Shown: in pieces, positions 16,533-24,538 of the stretch
Numbering within the stretch: the stretch's first letter is position 1
Layout of the letters: every line of letters begins with the position of its first letter
NCBI GenBank assembly: GCA_964422285.1
Contig: CAYRAX010000001.1
Coordinates: 1 to 47,744 of the forward strand
Direction: 5' to 3'
Origin: an uncultured Chthonomonas sp.
GTDB taxonomy: Bacteria; Armatimonadota; Fimbriimonadia; Fimbriimonadales; Fimbriimonadaceae
Length of the DNA stretch: 47,744 nt
Made by a program: the position numbers and the translations under genes
Notes under the pieces: model-generated
Databases searched by the model: none
Told to the model about the DNA's origin: nothing
What the model saw: only the letters and a program-made list of their open reading frames with translations

Positions 16533-17615
16533 ATGATCCACGCCGGGATACTCGCCGCACTGGTCGCGGTTGCGCCGCCAAATCATGTTCGCCTTGATCG
16601 CCAGCTTTTGCTGGGGGCCGACATCTCCTCGCTGAGCCAAATGGAGTCGGCGGGCGCAATCTATCGCGACGGAGGAATCGCAAAGCCGATGCTGCAAATG
16701 ATGAAGCAAAAAGGATGCAATCTCGCGCGAGTGCGGCTATGGGTTAGCCCTAACAAGTCGATCAAGGAAGTGCAGGACCTGGCGTACGTGATCGACTTGG
16801 GAAGGCGGATCAAGGCGAGCGGAATGCAATTCCTGCTCGATTTTCACTACTCTGATACTTGGGCAGACCCGGGAAAGCAATTCACGCCGAGCGCGTGGGC
16901 GAATCTCAGCGCTGCCCAATTGAACCAAAAAATCCACGATTACTCGCGCGATTGCATCCTTGCTCTCAAAGCCGCCGGTGCAATGCCAGACATCGTGCAG
17001 CCTGGCAACGAGATCACGAATGGCATGCTTTGGCCCACTGGCAAGCTGCCTTCGGGTGGCTGGCCCGTGCTCGGCGCTCTGCTCAAATCTGCCATCGCCG
17101 GAATCAAGGAAGCCGCGGGTGCATCAACCCCCAAAATCATGATCCACATCGACCGCGGCGGCGATTGGCCCGGTACCAAGTCGTTCTTCACCCAACTGGA
17201 AGCGCAGGCCGTGCCGTTCGACCTGATCGGACTCAGCTACTATCCCACTTATCACGGCCCGATCTCGGGGCTAGCAGCCTGTCTCAACGGCGCGGCGACC
17301 ACATTCCACAAGCCCATCATGGTGGTGGAGGCCGGGTACCCGTATGTCGCGTCGTGGTTTCCCGATTTCCATGGCGAATTTCCGGTGACTCCTGCGGGCC
17401 AAAAAGCCTATTTGCAGGCGGTTATCGATAAGGTCAAATCGACTCCTGGCAAGCTGGGAATAGGCGTCGTTTGGTGGGAACCAGGCTGGTATTCAGTGCA
17501 ATCGAACGGCGAGTGGTACGGCGGTTGGGGCCAGTGCATGGTGGACTCAAGCGGCAACGCTTTGCCGAGTTGGGATGCATTTGGCTCTGCTCGCGCAATT
17601 GCGGGAAAAGGCTAG
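16533..17615 (+). CDS. Arabinogalactan endo-beta-1,4-galactanase (GH53-like)
   Basis: GADISSL..ESAG, ARVRLWV, DFHYSDTWADPGKQ and QPGNEITNGMLWP match the GH53 TIM-barrel pattern. I placed the start at ATG 16533 (MIHAGILAALVAV); the track ORF starts at 16437. Confidence 0.8.
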   Translation: MIHAGILAALVAVAPPNHVRLDRQLLLGADISSLSQMESAGAIYRDGGIAKPMLQMMKQKGCNLARVRLWVSPNKSIKEVQDLAYVIDLGRRIKASGMQFLLDFHYSDTWADPGKQFTPSAWANLSAAQLNQKIHDYSRDCILALKAAGAMPDIVQPGNEITNGMLWPTGKLPSGGWPVLGALLKSAIAGIKEAAGASTPKIMIHIDRGGDWPGTKSFFTQLEAQAVPFDLIGLSYYPTYHGPISGLAACLNGAATTFHKPIMVVEAGYPYVASWFPDFHGEFPVTPAGQKAYLQAVIDKVKSTPGKLGIGVVWWEPGWYSVQSNGEWYGGWGQCMVDSSGNALPSWDAFGSARAIAGKG

Positions 17616-17690
17616 TCAAAAAGAAACGCCGCGCGTCATTGAACGTTTCATGGTGCAGACGACATTAAGCACTTAAGGAGCCGAAACGTT

Positions 17691-19097
17691 ATGAAGAAAA
17701 GTTTGATTTTGATGTCATTTCTGGTGTGCTTTGCGGCGATCGACGCCGACCCAGGTCCAACTTTGATCACCCGAAAAGGCAAGGCCGGAGTCGCGACACC
17801 CGCCTATTTGCGCGCGATCCAGCTGACCGCAAACATGACGAACGATAGCGATTCCGTGAGGCTCGCCAGCAAGCACGGGCTGGACATTTTGAATGTAACG
17901 TGGGAGGATACTGGTCGCTACAAGGGTTCGGCGGTCGGGCCAAACATCAGCGACATGACCATTCAGGTGGCGACGCGCGATCCAAAAACCCGAAACATGA
18001 CCGTGCGCGCGATGCCGGTCATTCGGTTCCCGAACTTTAGCGATGTAACCTGCGATATCGCGCCCGAGGATTTCACGCTGCTTGTTGGCAACGAAAAAGG
18101 CCGCGCGCTCAAGCGGGTTTCGCTGTACGACTTTTTGCAGAATCCGGGCGACTATTTGGCGAGGCCATCAGAGTGGCGTGGCGGGCCGAAATCGTTGCTT
18201 GCTCCGCGCGATGAGCAGGTTTTGGTGAGCGCCCAAGCGTGCTTTTTGCCGGTTCCTCAAAAGGGAATTGCGACCTTTAACCCCGTTCTTTTCAACTATC
18301 AATCGATGCGCAACAACCCGGCCGTGTTGACCGTTTTGGCAACGAGAAAGGGCACGAGCACCACAATCATCGATAACGTGCGCGACCCATTCGAAGCGGG
18401 ATCGGTTTGGGGGCAGCGGCTTTTTCATAACCAGGCGGGCATGCGAGCATCGCTCACGGGCGAACGTTATAGCGATGCCGGAATTTCCTCGTCGCCGAGC
18501 CCTGGCGGAGACCCAGACTCCATCGCTGGCGACAACATGGTTCTGCTCATCCAAATACCGTTAGTTCATCCTGAGCCGCGACGCGGTGAATACGACCAAG
18601 CACCAATGTCGGCTTCCGGCGGTGCCGCAGCACCCACTAAGTCAAAAGAACAGGTGAGTGACGTGGAAAACGCGGCAATCGGCTTTGGCGCATTCGAAGG
18701 CAAGTTCACGGAAATCGACCACTTGGCGATCAAGCGCGATGACCGATACCCCGTACGCGTCACCGTGCAATTCTATAAGGCGACTTCAAACGGGGTCGTC
18801 TCGGATGCCGACATGCGCGAGATTCGCAAGCAAATTGACAGCGTTTACAAGCAGAGCGACTCGGTTGGTTCGTTGGTAACCGGCGGTCGAACTGGCCGGA
18901 TCACGGAGTACGATGGACCCAAGGTTCAGCCCGCCAGATGGTGGGACGAGTTTTGGCAGCGCTATGAGCAAAACCAAGGCATGTCCCGCGAAGAGGGCAT
19001 TCGTCGCTTGAATGAAATCCTAGGCCGCGACTTTGTCCACAAGCCGGTGACGCGGCTTTATGTCTGCGACCTGCTCCGCAAAAAAGTCAAACGGTGA
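17691..19097 (+). CDS. Secreted hypothetical protein (468 aa), no family recognised
   Basis: GGAG lies upstream of the ATG, and there is a signal peptide MKKSLILMSFLVCFAAIDA. The codon usage looks coding throughout. Confidence 0.6.
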   Translation: MKKSLILMSFLVCFAAIDADPGPTLITRKGKAGVATPAYLRAIQLTANMTNDSDSVRLASKHGLDILNVTWEDTGRYKGSAVGPNISDMTIQVATRDPKTRNMTVRAMPVIRFPNFSDVTCDIAPEDFTLLVGNEKGRALKRVSLYDFLQNPGDYLARPSEWRGGPKSLLAPRDEQVLVSAQACFLPVPQKGIATFNPVLFNYQSMRNNPAVLTVLATRKGTSTTIIDNVRDPFEAGSVWGQRLFHNQAGMRASLTGERYSDAGISSSPSPGGDPDSIAGDNMVLLIQIPLVHPEPRRGEYDQAPMSASGGAAAPTKSKEQVSDVENAAIGFGAFEGKFTEIDHLAIKRDDRYPVRVTVQFYKATSNGVVSDADMREIRKQIDSVYKQSDSVGSLVTGGRTGRITEYDGPKVQPARWWDEFWQRYEQNQGMSREEGIRRLNEILGRDFVHKPVTRLYVCDLLRKKVKR

Positions 19098-19145
19098 AAT
19101 TTGTGCCGCTGGACGTAACTTCGTTCTAGCGGCACCGCATCAGTT

Positions 19146-19189
19146 CCCCTTCTCCAAGCCCCGGTTGGAGAAGGGGCCAGGGGATGAGG
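19146..19189. repeat. REP-like palindromic element, copy 1
   Basis: CCTTCTCCAA-gccccgg-TTGGAGAAGG hairpin followed by GGCCAGGGGATGAGG. Confidence 0.6.
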
Positions 19190-19245
19190 CAATGCAGGCT
19201 CTGAGCCATTGCAAAAATCGTGGTTTGTTGCATTTTTCGAAGGAA

Positions 19246-19303
19246 CCTCACCCCGGTCCGCAAGCGGACCGACCCTCTCCAACCGGGGCTTGGAGAGGGT
19301 GAG
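19246..19303. repeat. REP-like palindromic element, copy 2 (inverted relative to copy 1)
   Basis: The reverse complement reads CACCCTCTCCAAGCCCCGGTTGGAGAGGG...GGGGTGAGG. It contains an extra hairpin CGGTCCGC-aa-GCGGACCG. Confidence 0.6.
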
Positions 19304-19361
19304 CTACTCTTTCACACGGCGTAAACCGGCATATGCATTGAACCGTCGATGCCGCCATGGT

Positions 19362-19940
19362 CTAAGGTCCTTGCAAGTACTCAATGCTGCGGAGGAGCTG
19401 GTCGCCGGACCGCTCTTCCTGGCGCACAATCCCGATGCTCGGCGCGAACCAAGTAGTCACCGTCGTGGATTTGCCGTTGATCGAAAGCTCAAGCTCGCAA
19501 CGGGTTACGGTCAGGTTGCGGCCTGCGACTTTGAACTTTTCCGTGCTCTGGTTCAACTGCGCCTTGGCATCATAACGGCGGCTGGCGACGGTCACCATCC
19601 CGGACCATTTGGCGGTGTCGCCTTCCTTTAAGCTCGAATCCAGCAGCGTGACCGGTGGCATGTAGGTTGTTCCGGCGAGCATTTGGGCTTTGAGCAGACC
19701 GCCCGACCAGCCCAACCGCGATGTTCCGCCAGGTCCCGAAATTTCCCAACCCATATCGCCCCCCACGCGGGCCGGTCCCGTCACGCTCCAGCGATCCACG
19801 GTCGAGGCCAAGCCCATGCGCATTTGGTATTCCCACTTTGCGCCTTTCTTCATCGGCATGAGCGAATCGTTGCCACCGTTGCAACCCGCCACGATGGCTG
19901 CGGCAACTCCAAAAACAAACAGAGAAGTGCCACGCGCCAT
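19362..19940 (-). CDS. Lipoprotein, unknown function
   Basis: Signal peptide with lipobox (FGVAAAIVAG-C). 192 aa. Confidence 0.6.
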   Translation of the reverse strand: MARGTSLFVFGVAAAIVAGCNGGNDSLMPMKKGAKWEYQMRMGLASTVDRWSVTGPARVGGDMGWEISGPGGTSRLGWSGGLLKAQMLAGTTYMPPVTLLDSSLKEGDTAKWSGMVTVASRRYDAKAQLNQSTEKFKVAGRNLTVTRCELELSINGKSTTVTTWFAPSIGIVRQEERSGDQLLRSIEYLQGP

Positions 19941-19943
19941 CGG

Positions 19944-22145
19944 TCAAACCTCAACCTTTTCGAGCTTGGCGAGCGACTGCACCAACTTTTTGACGCCCAC
20001 CACTCCGGGAAACGCGACCGTGACCTCGGCGTCCGATTTGAGTGGGGAACAAGCGATGACAACGCCAATGCCGAATTTTGCATGCCGAACTTTGTCGCCG
20101 ACTTCGAATGGCGATTTCCATTCCGGTCGCTTGAGTTCGCGGCGCGGCTCGACCACCGAATATTGCCCGGATCGCTCTTGCCGCACTTGCCCCGGTCCAA
20201 ACATCCCGGTCGGATGCACGGTGTCCAAAAGCTCTTCCGGAATATCGTCCAGGAACCGCGAGCGCTTGTTAAAATTGGGCTGGCCAAACAGAGTGCGCCG
20301 CCTCGCGTGGAAGAGCTTGAGTTCTTCTCGCGCCCGCGTCATGCCCACGTAGGCCAATCGGCGCTCTTCTTCCAATTCGCGGTCATTCATCAACGACCGA
20401 GAGTGCGGAAATACGCCTTCTTCCATGCCCGCCAAAAAGACGACTGGGAACTCAAGGCCCTTGCTTGAGTGAAGCGTCATCAGCGTGACCGCCTCGCCAG
20501 ATTCGTTCAGCGAGTCGACGTCGGCAATGAGCGCAACGCTCTCCAAAAATCCGCTGAGCGACCCATCTTCCGCCGCCATATCGTATTGCGTCGTCACGTT
20601 GACGAGTTCCTGCAAGTTCTCCAATCGCCCGATGGCTTCGTCGGTCCGCTCAGCCTTTAGCTGATCTTGGTAGCCAGAAGCTTGCAGCAAGAATTTCAGC
20701 ACAGGCGTTACGGGTCCGAGCTCGGCCAAATCGTGGGCTTCTTGCACCATCCCGATGAACGTACGAAACGACTTCAAGGTCGCCGGGCGCATTTTCGACT
20801 GGTTTTCTTGGTCGATCATCGCCTGCCAAAGCGTGGTGCCGCGAGCTGCCGCCCATTCTTCCAGCGGCTTGAGCGCACCTGGGCCGATGCCGCGGGCCGG
20901 CACATTCACGACTCGAGTCAGCGAAGATTGATCGTTTGGGTTAAGCGCGAGGCGCAGATAGGCGATGAGGTCTCGAATCTCCTTGCGCTCATAAAATCGC
21001 TGTCCGCCAACCAGCACGTGCGGAATTCGCATGGTGAGAAGCACTTCTTCCAGGACACGGCTCTGTGCGTTGGTTCGGTACAAGATAGCGAACTGGCCAA
21101 ACGTGCGCCGCCCTGATCGTGTGTCCCGTGCGATCAAATCCGCGATCATCATCGCCTCGTCTTGCTCCGTGCCTGCCTCGCGCAGCGTGATATCGACGCC
21201 CTCGATGTTTTCCGTCCAAAGGCGCTTATCTGTTCGCCCGCGGTTGTGCCGAATGACGTGGTAGGCGGCGTCGAGGATCTTTTTTGTGGAGCGGTAGTTT
21301 TGCTCAAGCTTGATTAGCTTTGCGTCCGGGTGATCGCTCGAAAACCGCATCATCAGCGAGACATCTGCGCCGCGCCAAGCATAGATAGACTGATCATCGT
21401 CGCCGACAATTGTGATGTTTCGGTGCTTTTCGCTCAGCAAATGGGCGAGCCGATATTGGCTGAAGTTGACGTCCTGATATTCGTCGATCAGCACGTGCTG
21501 GAACCGTTCTTGGTATTTTTCGCGCACGTCTTCGCGCTGCTCCAGCAACCGAACCGCGAACATGACGATATCATCAAAGTCGAGCGCGTTCGACTTGGTC
21601 AGCATGTTGGCGTAAACGGGGTAGATATCGGCGACGATTCGCTCAAAAAAGCCGGCCGATTGGCTACGATATTGCTCCGGCGACCACAATTTTTCCTTCG
21701 CCCGGCTAATTTCGCTCAAAACCGCCCGCGGCTGGATCGACTTCTCGTCGATGTTCTTTTGCTTCAAAATCTCGCGGATCAAGCTAACTTGGTCGCCATC
21801 GTCATAAATCACAAAATTGGGGTCGATGCCAATTGCTTTGCCGTCAAATCGCAACAATTTGGCGCAGGTGGCGTGAAATGTGCCCAGCCACATCTGCTTC
21901 GCGGCCTCCGCTCCCACCATCTCTTCGATGCGCTCACGCATCTCTCTAGCCGCTTTATTTGTAAAAGTTACGGCCAAAATCCTATACGGAACGGTGCCTT
22001 CGTGGATGAGCTTGGCAATGCGGCAGGTGATGACCCGGGTCTTGCCCGATCCGGCGCCCGCAAAAATCATCAGCGGTCCGCCCGGCCACTCGACGGCCTC
22101 GCGTTGCTGAGGATTTAGCGTAGAAACGTCAAATGGAATGGTCAT
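19944..22145 (-). CDS. pcrA: ATP-dependent DNA helicase PcrA/UvrD family
   Basis: FAGAGSGKT Walker A, VLIDEYQDVN, the GDDDQSIYAWRGA motif and VTLMTLHSSKGLEFPVVFL. 733 aa. Confidence 0.9.
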   Translation of the reverse strand: MTIPFDVSTLNPQQREAVEWPGGPLMIFAGAGSGKTRVITCRIAKLIHEGTVPYRILAVTFTNKAAREMRERIEEMVGAEAAKQMWLGTFHATCAKLLRFDGKAIGIDPNFVIYDDGDQVSLIREILKQKNIDEKSIQPRAVLSEISRAKEKLWSPEQYRSQSAGFFERIVADIYPVYANMLTKSNALDFDDIVMFAVRLLEQREDVREKYQERFQHVLIDEYQDVNFSQYRLAHLLSEKHRNITIVGDDDQSIYAWRGADVSLMMRFSSDHPDAKLIKLEQNYRSTKKILDAAYHVIRHNRGRTDKRLWTENIEGVDITLREAGTEQDEAMMIADLIARDTRSGRRTFGQFAILYRTNAQSRVLEEVLLTMRIPHVLVGGQRFYERKEIRDLIAYLRLALNPNDQSSLTRVVNVPARGIGPGALKPLEEWAAARGTTLWQAMIDQENQSKMRPATLKSFRTFIGMVQEAHDLAELGPVTPVLKFLLQASGYQDQLKAERTDEAIGRLENLQELVNVTTQYDMAAEDGSLSGFLESVALIADVDSLNESGEAVTLMTLHSSKGLEFPVVFLAGMEEGVFPHSRSLMNDRELEEERRLAYVGMTRAREELKLFHARRRTLFGQPNFNKRSRFLDDIPEELLDTVHPTGMFGPGQVRQERSGQYSVVEPRRELKRPEWKSPFEVGDKVRHAKFGIGVVIACSPLKSDAEVTVAFPGVVGVKKLVQSLAKLEKVEV

Positions 22146-22287
22146 GCGTAAAGTATTATGACGGTGTGCGTTCGCGAATCGCCTTGTAACATGGCGATTC
22201 CGTTCGAACGTCTAAAGTAGTGGCATACGTCCCTGGTAAAGTAGACTCATAAATCCTAGGATGTAGGTAAGAGAAGAGAAATCGGTC

Positions 22288-23730
22288 ATGAAACGCTTCA
22301 TCAGCATTGGACTTGGTATCGCGATGTGCGCCGCCGCTTTGGCGCAATCGTCGTTCACGATTCGGCGACCCGCCGATGGCTCAACCGTTCGCGAAGTTGT
22401 CAAAATTCGCATTCCCAAATCGAGCATCGGGCCGGGCAATTACGTTGGAATTTTGGTCAACGGCAAGCTATTGGAAGCTGTGTCGCCTACCGCAGAGCAA
22501 CTTGACGGCAAAGATTTTGTCTATTCGCTCGACACGAAGGGCCGCCAGATCGCCGACGGTCCGCTCAAGCTTGAGGCGGTTTTGTACGGCATCTTTGGCG
22601 CAGAAGGTGGCGGCGAGACCCACGCGATCGTCAACCGGTCGAGCGTCCGGGTTCGCCTCGACAACCGAACGAGCCTGAAGGCGCCCGCCGGCGGCTATCA
22701 CCTTCGGTACAAATTTAACCCTGGCACAAACAATGTATACAAGTTGGAATACAAACAAAGTATTTCAGTGATGTCGGAAGCCCAGGCAAAGCTCGGCGGT
22801 CGCCCTCCCGAGCTACCCCAGAATTCGTTCACCGCGCGCTACATGTACGCCGTGGACAACGCGTATCCGATGCCGGGCGGTCGAAAGGACGGTTTGGTGC
22901 GGATGCAGCTCCTGCCGGTGAAGGGCAAGGACTATGCGATTCTTCCGCTGGCCGGTGACCCCGAAGCCAAGAAGCGCTATCAGGAGCAATTCACCACGGT
23001 TTACTACCGCGTTTCCGATACGGGCCGCGAGGTTTTTGGCCGATCACCAGCCTACTTTGGCGTGGAGGGAACCGAAGGTCCAGCTCCAAAGATCTTGATT
23101 TATGGTGTGTTTCCGCTGCCGTTGTTGCCGACGCGCGGTGTTTCCCAAGGGGATAGCTGGGCAAGTGGCTTCGTGACTTCTTCGCCACTCACCAACGATT
23201 TGGCCGAGATCTACAGCAAAGAGAAGCTCTCCGAGATTTCACCTGCTCGCGGCACGATCGAAGCGATTGAATATGAGCGCGGCATGAAGTGCGTTCGTAT
23301 TCGTAACACGATCGCCACAAGCCAGGCGCTAAGTAATGATATTCAATCCGAGTCCGAAGAAGTCTATTGGTTCTCGATTGACCGCGGCATCATCGTGAAG
23401 CTGGAACGAACCTACACGACCACCGTTCGCGTGAAAAGCGAGGGCGGCGGTAGTGCGGGAAGCGGCGGTGGTAGCCGTGGAAGCGCAAACGGCGGCGGCG
23501 CGCCTTCGGGCGGAAAACGCGGTGGTCGTGGTGCCCCAGCTGATGCAGGATTCACTTCTCCCGGCACGCTTTTCCAAGAAGGCGATGAAGCTGCGGCTCG
23601 TGGCGGCGGCAGTGGTCCAGGACGTGGCCCAGGTCGCGGCGGAATGGGTTCTGGCGCGGGCGGCAATCGATCCGGCGGTGGTACCCGCATCATGAAGTCA
23701 CGGGTCAAGTTCATTCTGACCTTGGAATAG
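22288..23730 (+). CDS. Secreted protein with C-terminal Gly/Arg-rich low-complexity tail
   Basis: Signal peptide MKRFISIGLGIAMCAAALAQ, then a ~370-aa globular part, then ~90 aa of GGS/RGG repeats (GGGSAGSGGGSRGSANGGG ... RGGGSGPGRGPGRGGMGSGAGGNRSGGG). Confidence 0.65.
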   Translation: MKRFISIGLGIAMCAAALAQSSFTIRRPADGSTVREVVKIRIPKSSIGPGNYVGILVNGKLLEAVSPTAEQLDGKDFVYSLDTKGRQIADGPLKLEAVLYGIFGAEGGGETHAIVNRSSVRVRLDNRTSLKAPAGGYHLRYKFNPGTNNVYKLEYKQSISVMSEAQAKLGGRPPELPQNSFTARYMYAVDNAYPMPGGRKDGLVRMQLLPVKGKDYAILPLAGDPEAKKRYQEQFTTVYYRVSDTGREVFGRSPAYFGVEGTEGPAPKILIYGVFPLPLLPTRGVSQGDSWASGFVTSSPLTNDLAEIYSKEKLSEISPARGTIEAIEYERGMKCVRIRNTIATSQALSNDIQSESEEVYWFSIDRGIIVKLERTYTTTVRVKSEGGGSAGSGGGSRGSANGGGAPSGGKRGGRGAPADAGFTSPGTLFQEGDEAAARGGGSGPGRGPGRGGMGSGAGGNRSGGGTRIMKSRVKFILTLE

Positions 23731-23731
23731 T

Positions 23732-24538
23732 TTGGACACCGACTGGGAAATTGTAGACGAGCGCAACTCCGATGGCATCGAGCCAGATGAGTTGCGCTTG
23801 CCTTTGATAGCCCATCTCGAAGAGCTCAGGACGCGGATGATCCGCATCATCGGCATTCTTGTCGTGGGTTGGGTCATCGGATACGCGGTCCAAACGCCCA
23901 TTTATTCGGCGCTACTCGGCTATGCAAAGTCGCAGATTCCCAAAGGCGAGGATTATCGCGAAGTATTTCGCAACCTCATGGACCCCTTCATGCTTAAGAT
24001 GAAATTCGGGTTCTATTTGGGCTTCATCGCCACGTTTCCACTCATTGTTTGGCAGGCGTGGGGGTTCGTGCGGCCCGGGCTAAAGAAGAACGAAGTCGAG
24101 CCTTTTAAGGTCATTGTTCCGCTGAGTTCGGGGCTGTTCATATTGGGCGCGGTGATGTGCTGGCTCGTGATTCCCATGGCCCTGCAGTGGTTCGCTAGCT
24201 ACCTTTCCGATTTCCCCGGGACATCGCTGTATCAAGAGCCGGGAACCCTTGTGTTTTTCATCATGAAAATGATGTTGGCGTTCGGTTTCGGGTTCCAGCT
24301 TCCGGTGGTTGTGTGGTTCTTGGTGCGAGTGGGGCTGCTGACGCCGCAAGCGCTCATGGCAAATTGGCGACACGCGACGGTGGTCATCTTCATCGTGTCT
24401 ATGATGATCACGCCCAGCAACGACGTACCCAGCATGCTCATGATGGCGATTCCCCTGACGCTACTGTTCTTCCTTAGCTTGGTCGCCGTTCGCTGGAGCA
24501 TCCGCCGGTCAGGCGATGAACCCGAGCCATGGAACTAG
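23732..24538 (+). CDS. tatC: Twin-arginine translocase subunit TatC
   Basis: PLIAHLEELRTRMIRI N-terminal motif and six predicted TM helices. TTG start lies 2 nt after the upstream stop. Confidence 0.85.
   Translation: MDTDWEIVDERNSDGIEPDELRLPLIAHLEELRTRMIRIIGILVVGWVIGYAVQTPIYSALLGYAKSQIPKGEDYREVFRNLMDPFMLKMKFGFYLGFIATFPLIVWQAWGFVRPGLKKNEVEPFKVIVPLSSGLFILGAVMCWLVIPMALQWFASYLSDFPGTSLYQEPGTLVFFIMKMMLAFGFGFQLPVVVWFLVRVGLLTPQALMANWRHATVVIFIVSMMITPSNDVPSMLMMAIPLTLLFFLSLVAVRWSIRRSGDEPEPWN

Noticed and set aside
16342-16709. ORFs 16342-16536 (+) and 16404-16709 (-) in or around the module 1 / GH53 divergent region
   Set aside because: They cover promoter and leader sequence or lie antisense to the GH53 5' end, with no SD and no motif. 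The GH53 homology only begins after ATG 16533.
19058-19302. 74-80-aa ORFs on both strands across the REP-like elements (…PSPTGAWRRG…)
   Set aside because: The mirror-image peptides on both strands are a by-product of the palindromic repeat, not coding sequence.
23440-23690. Repetitive GGC/GGT/CGN-rich DNA, considered as a possible tandem repeat or CRISPR-like array
   Set aside because: There are no regular repeat-spacer units. It is in frame with, and continuous with, the upstream secreted-protein ORF, and it encodes a Gly/Arg/Ser low-complexity tail.
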